Below are positions 42,451 to 51,501 of a stretch of 64,000 nt of DNA, in pieces. The DNA comes from Nitrospinaceae bacterium (GTDB lineage Bacteria; Nitrospinota; Nitrospinia; Nitrospinales; Nitrospinaceae): the NCBI GenBank assembly GCA_965223665.1, contig OZ245011.1, forward strand, positions 2,304,001 through 2,368,000, in the 5' to 3' direction. Below the pieces are notes generated by a model. It had not been told where the DNA came from. It was given only the letters and a program-made list of their open reading frames with translations, and did no database searches. A program made the translations under genes and the position numbers. The first letter of the stretch is position 1; each line of letters starts with the position of its first letter.

Positions 42451-43821
42451 TTATTCTATGATTTCAATCAATTCTTCAGCAGGGTAAGTTAAAATCTCTG
42501 ATAATGTAGGGTGGTAGTGAGGCATGGTTGCAAGGTCTTTTACTGTTCCACGAAAATGCATTACGGCTATTAATTGATGAATTAACTCGGAACCTTCCGG
42601 CCCAACAATATGACCTCCAATAATTTCTCCCGAATTGGGTTTGCAAAGTATTTTAACGATCCCATGAGTTTCTCCCATACAAAGGGATTTTCCATGATCG
42701 TTAAAAGGATAAGACGCCACGTGATAATCTACGCCTCCTTCTCGACATTCTTTTTCACTCAATCCTACACTGGCGACTTGTGGATCAGAAAATACAATAG
42801 TGGTTTTTAAACGGTCATCTGTTTTTCTCAATTGCTCAGGAAAAACTGCGTTGTGTCCTGCGATTTCTCCTTGCTCAATTGCAGTATGCACAACTTCATG
42901 CAATCGATTAACATCTCCAACTGCAAATATATGTGGTTGTTTGGTCCTCAATTCATTATCTACCTTTACCGCTTTGTTACTAATCTCAACTCCTGCCAAA
43001 TGTATATTTAGATCATCTATGTTGGGTCTTCGGCCTAAAGCATTCAAAATTTCCTTAGCCTGGACAACTTTTTCCTCATTTTCATGATTGAAACGGACAA
43101 TTTTTTGAGAATCATCCGAGCAAACTTCAAGCAATTTTGTCCCAGTATATAAATGCATACCTTCTTCCTGTAATCTTGCTTCCAGTGGTCTGGCAATATC
43201 CTCATCAAACGAAGATAAAATATGGGAACTTCTTTGAACTAGAGTGACCCGAGTTCCACATCTTTGATAAAACTGAGCCAACTCAACGGCAACGGCCCCC
43301 GCACCCAAAACTATTAAACTCTCAGGTAAGTCCCTCAATTGCAGAACATCATCACTGGTAATATAACCGGTTTCTTTCAACCCTGGGACGGGAAGATAAT
43401 CTACAATGGACCCTGTGGCAATAATAAAGGAATTAGCCGTATAGGTTTGTCCTTCCGCTCGAACTTCAGTAGGAGACAGGAATTGTGCGGATTTTTGGAT
43501 TAGGGTAAATCGCGGATTTTTCAGCTGATCAATTCTATAATCGGCGAATTCCTGGATTAATTTATTTTTTCGATCCAGGATAGCGGCCAGGTTGGCCTTT
43601 ACTTTAACGGGTTCAATCCCAAACTCTTTTGCACGTCTCATAAGTGCCATGATGTCAGAAGATCGTAGAATGGTTTTAGTTGGCATGCATCCCCGTAAAA
43701 TGCATAAACCTCCTAAAGGTCCCGGATCAAAAATGGCAACTTGAGCGCCTGATTTTTGCGCAGTATCTGCAGCAGCATAACCCGCGGAACCTCCGCCCAA
43801 GACAATGACATCAAATTTCAT
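42451..43821 (-). CDS. Dihydrolipoamide dehydrogenase-like flavin disulfide oxidoreductase
   Basis: GGGSAG, redox CILRGC, C-terminal HPTLSE. Confidence 0.85.
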   Translation of the reverse strand: MKFDVIVLGGGSAGYAAADTAQKSGAQVAIFDPGPLGGLCILRGCMPTKTILRSSDIMALMRRAKEFGIEPVKVKANLAAILDRKNKLIQEFADYRIDQLKNPRFTLIQKSAQFLSPTEVRAEGQTYTANSFIIATGSIVDYLPVPGLKETGYITSDDVLQLRDLPESLIVLGAGAVAVELAQFYQRCGTRVTLVQRSSHILSSFDEDIARPLEARLQEEGMHLYTGTKLLEVCSDDSQKIVRFNHENEEKVVQAKEILNALGRRPNIDDLNIHLAGVEISNKAVKVDNELRTKQPHIFAVGDVNRLHEVVHTAIEQGEIAGHNAVFPEQLRKTDDRLKTTIVFSDPQVASVGLSEKECREGGVDYHVASYPFNDHGKSLCMGETHGIVKILCKPNSGEIIGGHIVGPEGSELIHQLIAVMHFRGTVKDLATMPHYHPTLSEILTYPAEELIEIIE

Positions 43822-43855
43822 TAATTAAAGATAAGAAAGATTTTAACAAAATCAA

Positions 43856-44389
43856 TTAAGCAACTTCGGGAAAGTCCTCACGCGTTAAGCGAAATTCTGC
43901 ATAACATTCTTTTAATAAGCTTTCAGCAGTTTCAGCCATGAGATAATCCCCTTGATCCTTAAATAACTTCTCTGCAATCAAAAGGTGCTTTATTGCCTCC
44001 CGGCCCTGCTTTACAGAATAATGAACAGTCGCCAGATTACTATGAGCTTTGGCAAACTCAGGATTTAAGCGTATGGCCTCACCATAATGATGAACGGAAT
44101 CCTCTATTAATCCTAATAGATTATTAATTACGGCCAAACTGTAATGAGCAATAGGGTCCTCCTTCTTCAAAGCCACCGCTTTTTCAAAACATTCTTTCGC
44201 TTTTACATTTTTTGGGATTTTCCCATAGCGAATACCCATATTGAACCATGCTCGAAAGTGATTTGGGTCTAAATCGACGGCTTTTTGATAAGCCTCAATA
44301 GCGCCTTCCGTATTACCTTGTCGCCCGCACTCTAGTCCTTGTTTAAACCAATAATCAGCGGTCTTCTCAGAATCGGATTCTGCGGTCAT
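43856..44389 (-). CDS. TPR-repeat protein
   Basis: Several TPR motifs (AWFNMG, AHYSLA, AHSNLA). Confidence 0.85.
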   Translation of the reverse strand: MTAESDSEKTADYWFKQGLECGRQGNTEGAIEAYQKAVDLDPNHFRAWFNMGIRYGKIPKNVKAKECFEKAVALKKEDPIAHYSLAVINNLLGLIEDSVHHYGEAIRLNPEFAKAHSNLATVHYSVKQGREAIKHLLIAEKLFKDQGDYLMAETAESLLKECYAEFRLTREDFPEVA

Positions 44390-44604
44390 ATTTCATTCCT
44401 TAAAATATTGGGTTTTAAATGTGGTTGGGTTTTTCTCAGGCCCTATGCTACCTATATACCCAGATAATTTCAACCCAATAGGCTTAAAATCTTATTTATC
44501 CACTAAGTAAAAATGGCTAAACCCTTGACCTAATGGGAAAATTGTTTTTTAATACATCCTTCTTTGCATTACCTTTTAAATATTGATTAAGGATATTACC
44601 CATT

Positions 44605-44877
44605 ATGGCCATTGAACCCGGTTCCGATGAAGAACGCCTGGTATTAGCGCGTTGGATCAAAAAAGCTGAAAACCTTATAGTTGCCTCCTCCGCATTGGGA
44701 GAATCTTATTTAGATCCAAACATTAAACGCGAACCCGAAGTTCAGCAAAAAACTGAAGAATATGTAAAATTTGATCATGATGTTGCAGAGCAGTTACCAC
44801 ACCTCAAGGGAAGATTTCGTTGGGATTTGGAAAAATATTACAGGGATAATTTTGGCCCCTATTTACCTAAGGAATAA
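44605..44877 (+). CDS. Hypothetical protein
   Basis: Clean ORF co-oriented with the downstream Rieske-like gene. Confidence 0.65.
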   Translation: MAIEPGSDEERLVLARWIKKAENLIVASSALGESYLDPNIKREPEVQQKTEEYVKFDHDVAEQLPHLKGRFRWDLEKYYRDNFGPYLPKE

Positions 44878-44891
44878 ACAAACTCTAAACC

Positions 44892-45215
44892 ATGTCTGAT
44901 GTAAAAATCGCAGAACTTGCAGATGCCCCCGCCGAAGGGCAACCCAAGCGAATCGAATTCGACCACCCCTTTACGGAAATTCGTTATGAATTAGCCCTGT
45001 ATTTTGCAAAGGAGCGATATTTTGTGATTAGAGATGATTGCAAAAAATGCGGTAGCAGTCTGGCCCAAGGTAAGGTAAATGGCATGTATGGAATTTGCTC
45101 TCGGGGAGAACATCCCTGGAATTTTAAAACGGGACTGTATAAATTTGACCGCCGGCTATCACTTCCCACCTACCGTGTGATTGTCCGCGATGATGGACTT
45201 TATATAGAAATTTAA
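44892..45215 (+). CDS. Rieske-ferredoxin-like protein with non-canonical ligands
   Basis: Rieske/NirD-like pattern C...SL..G....IC...H.W.F.TG...LPTY.V...DG.LY; ligand boxes read CKKC and CSRGEH. Confidence 0.6.
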   Translation: MSDVKIAELADAPAEGQPKRIEFDHPFTEIRYELALYFAKERYFVIRDDCKKCGSSLAQGKVNGMYGICSRGEHPWNFKTGLYKFDRRLSLPTYRVIVRDDGLYIEI

Positions 45216-45334
45216 AACATTTTAATCCAATTACAAAAACGTCCCCTTATTTTTTTCGAAACCTAACTAATCCATTTATATTCTGAGACAAAACTTAATT
45301 AGCTCTTTTTTATTTTACTCCTTATACTAAAAAT

Positions 45335-46645
45335 ATGGAGCCTGGAAAGAGTTGGCCGAAATCTCAAATCGCAATAAAAATTGCAAAAACAATAGGTTTG
45401 TTCTTAATCGGTTATGGAATCTACAATCTCTATCTTGAAATCCAAACTTTTCCCCAAACAGAAGTCAAATCTTTCACTGATTTATCTAATAAAATACCCT
45501 CTGCATTTTGGATAAACTGTTTTATTTTTGTGATGTTTGCCGGGAGTGGTTTTGGACTGTTTCTTAAAAAATGCTGGGGAAGGTATTGTTCCATATTTAT
45601 TATATTTTTTAATCTATTAATTCCATTATTTTTTGTGTTACTCGTTTGGGGATGGAATTTTATTTCTTTTAATTGGGAAGTAATCATTATTTCTCTAATT
45701 TTTATATTGATTTTTAATTGGAGCCCCATTCGGAATTTATTTCCATATAAATATGGTTGGAAATCCATTTCCATAATTTTTGGAGTGATCTTGATTATCC
45801 ATGTTGGAGGATTTGTTTTTTATAGAACGAAAATTCCAGAAGATGAAAAAATAACTTTTTTAAACCTAACTTCTCAAAATCTATCTTCTAGAGCCCCTAA
45901 TTCTCTTTATTATCCTGAAATTTTATTAGACTTCACCCTAGGCCTCCCTGAAAATGCTCAAATTTTTTATATTGGACATGGAAATAATTATAAAAATTAT
46001 AATTTTAGATTTGAGTTAGAAAAGAACTTATGCTTATTAAGTTTATCCAACCAACTTTTTTATCAAACAGTATTTAAAAATATAAAGGTTCCTGGTCACT
46101 TTGAAAATGAATACGATGTGGCAAGAGCCGTACTATCAAGTCAATATGGGGCTTTCCCCATCCTAATGCGTAAATTTCTCAAAGGTTTAACTACCGAAGA
46201 GTTAGCGCTTGATTCTCTAAATGTTTTTTTGTTAAGGAATAAACAAGAGTTTTACTCTTACTATTTTGTGGCTTTTTATAACAAAAACTTCTTAGGCGAA
46301 GGAGATATGATTTGTTCGAAAAAAACTAAAATACCAATAAGTTTTTTTTCCAGTATCCGGCCAGACAAATTTCCGCAAAAAAATTCTGAAAATTTTGTAA
46401 ATGATGGAATTAAATTATCTCAAAATAAGAGATTTAAGGAAGCCTCTATTGCCTTTGGAAACGCCATCTACCTCCACCCTGACAATTCTTACAATAATTT
46501 CTTACTTGCTCAAAATCAATTTAAAGCAGGCGATTTGAAAGGTGCCGAGTGGAATTTAGTGAAAGCTAAAAGGCTGGATCCCAACTTAACGGAGGCCAAG
46601 GTTTTATTAGGTGAAGTTCAAAAACAATTGGGCCAAAATAAATAG
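45335..46645 (+). CDS. Membrane protein with C-terminal TPR repeats
   Basis: About 5 N-terminal TM helices; TPR-like C-terminus (AIYLHPDN, AKRLDPN). Confidence 0.65.
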   Translation: MEPGKSWPKSQIAIKIAKTIGLFLIGYGIYNLYLEIQTFPQTEVKSFTDLSNKIPSAFWINCFIFVMFAGSGFGLFLKKCWGRYCSIFIIFFNLLIPLFFVLLVWGWNFISFNWEVIIISLIFILIFNWSPIRNLFPYKYGWKSISIIFGVILIIHVGGFVFYRTKIPEDEKITFLNLTSQNLSSRAPNSLYYPEILLDFTLGLPENAQIFYIGHGNNYKNYNFRFELEKNLCLLSLSNQLFYQTVFKNIKVPGHFENEYDVARAVLSSQYGAFPILMRKFLKGLTTEELALDSLNVFLLRNKQEFYSYYFVAFYNKNFLGEGDMICSKKTKIPISFFSSIRPDKFPQKNSENFVNDGIKLSQNKRFKEASIAFGNAIYLHPDNSYNNFLLAQNQFKAGDLKGAEWNLVKAKRLDPNLTEAKVLLGEVQKQLGQNK

Positions 46646-46663
46646 CAAGAACCTTTATTTAAG

Positions 46664-48103
46664 CTACCTTCTCCAATTATTAAATTTTTGAACCCACTTC
46701 AAGATTCCTTCGGGTGCATTGGCTTTTTTCCAAATACCGGCTGCATATTTATTTGCTTCTGCCATGGTCGGGTAAATATGAATTGTTCCTAAAATTTTAT
46801 TGAGTCCTAAACCATGTTTCATCGCCAATACATATTCTGCAATCAAATCTCCCGCATGATAGCCAACAATAGTGACCCCTAAAATTTTATCACTGCCAGG
46901 AGGAGTAAGTACTTTGACAAACCCATGATCTTCACTGTCGGCAATTGCCCGATCCAAATCATCTATCCCATAAATAGAAACTTCGTGAGGAATGTTTCTT
47001 TCTTTAGCCTCGGTTTCGTTTAACCCTACTCTTGCCACTTCCGGATCTGTAAACGTACACCATGGGATAACACTGTAGTCTACCTTGAATTTTTTAAGTG
47101 GACTGAACAATGAGTTCACTGCACAATACCAAGCCTGATGAGCAGCCGTATGCGTAAACTGGAAAGGTCCGGCAACATCCCCACACGCATAAATATTTTT
47201 ATGAGTGGTTGTTCGTAAATATTTATCCACCTCAATGGTTCCACGAGGCCCTAATTTCACACCTATTTCTTCTAAACCAAAACCTTTTGCATTAGCGGAA
47301 CGACCCAAAGCAATTAAAATTTCGTCAAATGGAATTTTTTCTCGTTCCTCCCCTTTTTTAACCACTAAAAATTTTTGCCCGTTTTCCACTAAAACCTCTT
47401 CAGCTGTAGAACCCACACGAACATCAATTCCATCTTTTACAAATTGACCCTGAAGCATTCGACCAATTTCAGGATCTTCCCGGGACAAAATTCCTTGAGA
47501 CCTTTCCACCTGGATAACCTGAGTTCCAATCCTTCCAAAACATTGTGACAACTCAGATCCAATCGGCCCACCCCCTGCAATAACCAGTCGTTTCGGTAGT
47601 TCACGCAATGACCAAATAGTGTCAGTCGTATAATATTTAATCTTATCCAGACCCGGAATAGGAGGAACGGCGGGACGAGCACCGGTAGCAATTATAATAT
47701 TTTGTGTGGTCAGTATCTTGCCATTGATTTCTACTTCATGAGGAGATATGACTCTTGCAGCGCCTTCATAACAATCGACACCTAACTTTGTATATCGTTC
47801 AATACTATCGTGCGGTTCAACTTTTTTAATGACCCCCTGAACTCGCTCCATCACTTCTTTAAAGTCGAACTCTGAGGACGCATGTTTTAAACCAAAATCA
47901 CGATGCCTTTTTATATAGGAAAGAACTTTTGCACTCCGTATAAGCGCTTTACTAGGAACACATCCCGTATTTAGGCAATCTCCACCCATTTTATGCTTTT
48001 CAATGAGCGCAACTTTTGCCTTTAATACCGATCCAATATAGGACGAGACTAAACCCGCTGACCCCGCGCCAATAACAATTATATTATAGTCCTTCTTAGC
48101 CAT
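46664..48103 (-). CDS. FAD-dependent pyridine nucleotide-disulfide oxidoreductase (MerA/Lpd-related, not MerA)
   Basis: GAGSAG, GGDCLNTGCVP, FTHTA, IYPTMAE; no C-terminal Cys-Cys pair. Confidence 0.85.
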   Translation of the reverse strand: MAKKDYNIIVIGAGSAGLVSSYIGSVLKAKVALIEKHKMGGDCLNTGCVPSKALIRSAKVLSYIKRHRDFGLKHASSEFDFKEVMERVQGVIKKVEPHDSIERYTKLGVDCYEGAARVISPHEVEINGKILTTQNIIIATGARPAVPPIPGLDKIKYYTTDTIWSLRELPKRLVIAGGGPIGSELSQCFGRIGTQVIQVERSQGILSREDPEIGRMLQGQFVKDGIDVRVGSTAEEVLVENGQKFLVVKKGEEREKIPFDEILIALGRSANAKGFGLEEIGVKLGPRGTIEVDKYLRTTTHKNIYACGDVAGPFQFTHTAAHQAWYCAVNSLFSPLKKFKVDYSVIPWCTFTDPEVARVGLNETEAKERNIPHEVSIYGIDDLDRAIADSEDHGFVKVLTPPGSDKILGVTIVGYHAGDLIAEYVLAMKHGLGLNKILGTIHIYPTMAEANKYAAGIWKKANAPEGILKWVQKFNNWRR

Positions 48104-48302
48104 AACCCCTCCATAGTGCTCAACGAACGAATTTATTCAATTGTTGCACATAAGTCGAACTTTCGAAAGGAACCTTACACTAATCAAAGTTATCTGAATA
48201 AAGAATAGTTTTAACTGGAATTAAAGAAAGACAAACTTGGGGCAGGAAGCTGGAAATAGAAATTTAAATTTGGCTAATTTTGGATTTATTGCCAGGTGAA
48301 CG

Positions 48303-49154
48303 TCAGGTATTAATATTTAAAATTCGACCCACACTACTTTCATTTTGTCTGGCTTGAATGCCTAAGACGCGAATGGAAGACTCTAATTGAACAAGTGAGC
48401 TATTTAGGTCTGAAACTGTTTTCGCAAAATCAGTTCCTGCAATTTGTTCTTGGGATGCAGATAGATTCACTATTGAGTTTTTTAAAGTTTCAGCTGTTAT
48501 GGATAAACGATTAGAAACAGCTCCCACTTCCCCGCGGGTGTTGATTACGGTTTGTTGCGCTTGCTCCAGAGGTTGGAAGGCATTTAAAGCACCAGAAACA
48601 GTTGAAATATCTAAACCATTTACACCTAAAGACGATGTCGAAGTATTCTCTATTACATTTAGATTGATTTGGTTTTCGGGTCCACTTCCAGTTCCGGATT
48701 GAATATTGATTTGATTGGAAGATGAGGGACTTAGGTTACCATCCAAGATAGGCTGACCGTTGAATTCCTGCGTTTGAGAAACTCGATCAATTTCGGTAAG
48801 AATTTGTTGGAATTCCTCATTAAGAGTTTGTCGCTCCGCATCTCCAAGTGTTCCATTGGAAGCTTGTAAAGACAGTTCTCTTCCTCTGGCGATCAGGTCT
48901 GATACATTAGATAATCCTCCCTCAGCCACACGAATAAAGTTTGCTCCCGTTTCAACGTTTTTCACTGATTGCGAAATTGCAGCAATTTCTGATTTTAGCT
49001 GCTCGGAAATTGCCAGACCGGCTGCATCGACTCCTGCCTTGACTAAACGTGTTCCAGAGGCAATCTGGGATAATTTTGTACCGACGTTTGCTCTATTTTT
49101 GGTTATTAAATTGAGAAGTCTATTGGTATTCCCCGGATCAAATGAGATTGGCAT
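48303..49154 (-). CDS. Short flagellin-family protein (D0/D1 domains only)
   Basis: SGTRL...DAAGLAISE, AEGGL, QASNGT, FNGQPILDG, RGEVGAVSNRL; GGAGG RBS before ATG 49154. Confidence 0.85.
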   Translation of the reverse strand: MPISFDPGNTNRLLNLITKNRANVGTKLSQIASGTRLVKAGVDAAGLAISEQLKSEIAAISQSVKNVETGANFIRVAEGGLSNVSDLIARGRELSLQASNGTLGDAERQTLNEEFQQILTEIDRVSQTQEFNGQPILDGNLSPSSSNQINIQSGTGSGPENQINLNVIENTSTSSLGVNGLDISTVSGALNAFQPLEQAQQTVINTRGEVGAVSNRLSITAETLKNSIVNLSASQEQIAGTDFAKTVSDLNSSLVQLESSIRVLGIQARQNESSVGRILNINT

Positions 49155-49334
49155 GTTTCCATCCTCCACCAATGAAGATTTGAAATCTATTTTCAAGGTA
49201 AGGGTATTATGGAAAACTGTCAAATTTCCGATAGGGTATCATTAGAATATTTATCAATGGTTCTTATTTGAAATATTTTTTCAGTACCCCTATTATAAGT
49301 TTAGAACCTGAAAACTGCTGAGTTACAAAATCAA

Positions 49335-49952
49335 ATGAAAATTACAATTAACGGAAAAGAAGAGTCTACCCAATACAACCACTCTCAATTAGGCAACCTG
49401 CTTGATCAAATCACTGCTGAAAACAATGAAGAAGGTCATTATTTATTAAAAGTTTATGTCGATGGTCAAGAGGTAGATTTTGAATCTCCCAAGGCAAGAG
49501 AAATAGCCTTAGATGCTGTGGAAAGTTTGAATATTGAATATGGGACTTTAGACAGCATAGTTGAGAGAAATATTGATAACGCAGAGGCTTACTTAGAAAA
49601 ATTTGTTCCAGGGCTTGAAAAGGCGTCTGATCTTTACCGAACCGGGAATTCACAAGAAGCCAGCAAGTTTTTCTTAAACATCATTGATGGTATAGATTGG
49701 CTTTCCATGGTCATTGATTCCGTAATTGAGGCCAAAAGATTAGACATCCACAAAAAAGCCTATACCAATCAAAGCCTGCAAGAACGCAAGGAACAATTAC
49801 TTCAATTAACCAACCAGGCCCTGGAAGCCAATAAAAATAAAGATTGGGTATTGTTAGCCGATTTACTTGAATATGAAATTTTGCCCTTTTATCAAAATTG
49901 GGCCGAGATTCTACCCGAAATTAAAAACGAAAAAACAAATTCTGTCCATTAA
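49335..49952 (+). CDS. Hypothetical protein, probably flagellum-associated
   Basis: C-terminal DWVLLADLLEYE motif, recalled from flagellin-locus proteins; genomic context. Confidence 0.55.
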   Translation: MKITINGKEESTQYNHSQLGNLLDQITAENNEEGHYLLKVYVDGQEVDFESPKAREIALDAVESLNIEYGTLDSIVERNIDNAEAYLEKFVPGLEKASDLYRTGNSQEASKFFLNIIDGIDWLSMVIDSVIEAKRLDIHKKAYTNQSLQERKEQLLQLTNQALEANKNKDWVLLADLLEYEILPFYQNWAEILPEIKNEKTNSVH

Positions 49953-50056
49953 AATTCCAAAGTTGTGAAACCCATTTCTGCGTAGTTTAAAAGATTTTTT
50001 ATTTTAAACGTTTTCCTTTGAAAAAACGCTCCAAAGATTTTTTTTTATTTTTTTCC

Positions 50057-50083
50057 TAAAGTTTAAATAATTTTTGCCGATAA
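50057..50083 (+). promoter_or_regulatory. Sigma28 (FliA) promoter, perfect consensus
   Basis: TAAAGTTT-N11-GCCGATAA. Confidence 0.85.
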
Positions 50084-50237
50084 CAAGTTAGGTACTTTTT
50101 ACCTTTTTCTTGTGAAAAAGGAAAATATTCAAAAAGTTTGTTTTTTTGAACTTTTAATAAAAGTTGGCAAGGAAACGCAATTCGTGGATGATTTTATTTT
50201 GGAAAAAATTAGAAAAGATATTTTTTTAGTTAACTTC

Positions 50238-50264
50238 TTATCGGTACAATAAAAGAAGACTTAA
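50238..50264 (-). promoter_or_regulatory. Candidate antisense sigma28 promoter
   Basis: Minus strand TTAAGTCT-N11-ACCGATAA (6/8 and 7/8 matches, correct spacing). Confidence 0.45.
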
Positions 50265-50378
50265 ATTTATATTCTTATTTATCCTAGTTTTTTCCTGATC
50301 TATGAATAAAAAAGTCCTCAAAAAACAATTTAGTAATCATAAGGTATTAAAGCCGAATTTCTCAGGGGAGGAAGGATA

Positions 50379-51104
50379 ATGGCTGAAGTAAACAATAGTG
50401 TTGGATTGAACAACAGGGTTTTGGTTAATCCCAATAACACACAACCTACCCGCGAAAATCAACAAACCAATAGCGAAGACAAAAACAAATTTCAGACTCA
50501 GAATGATCCTGACAAAAATTTTGATAAGGTAAAAACCTCAGGTGTTACGAAGGATTTGGTGGAAAATCAAATTTTACGTCAGAGAGATCCCGTCATTGAA
50601 CCTCCCTCTCAGGACTTAAGAAATTTCAATCCTCAACTGGATGATCAAAGCAGAGTAGAGGCCTTTAATAGACAACAGCAAGGTGCGGTTGAGCAAGGTT
50701 TACAACCCCGGGTAGGGCAAGAAACCTCAATAGATATTTCAAACAATGCTATAGATGAATTTAAAAGGTCTCAAGGAAGCAAATCCCAGGAACCTTCACT
50801 AACACCGCCTCCACAGGGATTAGAAAATAGTTCGAAGGATCTTTCTTCTGCCGAAAATCCTAACAATTCAAACGAATCAGGAGCTCAATTAGATGTCAAC
50901 GTTGAGCAAAAGGCCAATGTCTTGGATCCTCTGGGACAACGCGCAAGAGTGGACGAATTAAAACCCCAAAAAGTGGAATTAAACGAAAATAATTTAAACA
51001 CTGGTGAAGTTACCCGGGAGGAAGAAAAACCCGGTCAAACCACACCCAAAAGCCAAGAGTCAACTCAAACTCAAAGAGGTCAAAATATCGATAAATTAAT
51101 TTAA
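50379..51104 (+). CDS. Low-complexity N/Q/E-rich protein, probably disordered
   Basis: Strong GGGGAGG RBS; downstream of the sigma28 promoter; ends QRGQNIDKLI. Confidence 0.65.
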   Translation: MAEVNNSVGLNNRVLVNPNNTQPTRENQQTNSEDKNKFQTQNDPDKNFDKVKTSGVTKDLVENQILRQRDPVIEPPSQDLRNFNPQLDDQSRVEAFNRQQQGAVEQGLQPRVGQETSIDISNNAIDEFKRSQGSKSQEPSLTPPPQGLENSSKDLSSAENPNNSNESGAQLDVNVEQKANVLDPLGQRARVDELKPQKVELNENNLNTGEVTREEEKPGQTTPKSQESTQTQRGQNIDKLI

Positions 51105-51244
51105 TAACTATTCAAAAAATTATTTATTCAGATTTGCTTTTTCTGGTCAAGATATAATTAGGAAGTTTTTTTGGACGGGACAACAGCAAACTGGATTTAA
51201 GAAACACTAAAATTTTATTAACCTGTAGCTGAAAATTTTAGGGA

Positions 51245-51420
51245 AAGATTAAGACGCGCCAGCGTGTTCCTAACTGGGGAGGAAAGAACACGCCGGCTCC
51301 GGTGCCTCTGCTTGGAACGCTTGAACACCGATCGTCTTTTTTGGCGAATAAAGCAGATGGTTGTTCAGTGGTGACCGGGTCTTTGTGTCACTAAAATACA
51401 GCGGTGAAACACCCGTTCAG
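51245..51420 (-). ncRNA. Candidate structured sRNA between the 50379 gene and fliD
   Basis: GC-rich patch with three nested stems; A-C mismatches on the plus strand become G-U pairs on the minus strand; sigma28-like TAAAGGAA-N12-TCCGATAG at 51453-51426. Confidence 0.45.
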
Positions 51421-51501
51421 TGTAACTATCGGAAAGTATTTAGAATTCCTTTAGGAATTATTTTAATTTTTTTCGAAATGTTGCCCTGAGCCGTAACAAC
51501 C

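Noticed and set aside
46664-48103. Mercuric reductase MerA
   Set aside because: No C-terminal Cys-Cys pair, no NmerA domain and no mer operon genes.
49208-49234. Possible sigma28 promoter or FleQ-like box (GTCAAATTTCCGATAG) between flagellin and the 49335 gene
   Set aside because: The -35 match is poor and the palindrome is incomplete, so it is too weak to call.
50164-50179. Sigma54-like TTGGCAAGGAAACGCA
   Set aside because: GG-to-GC spacing is 9 nt rather than the required 10.
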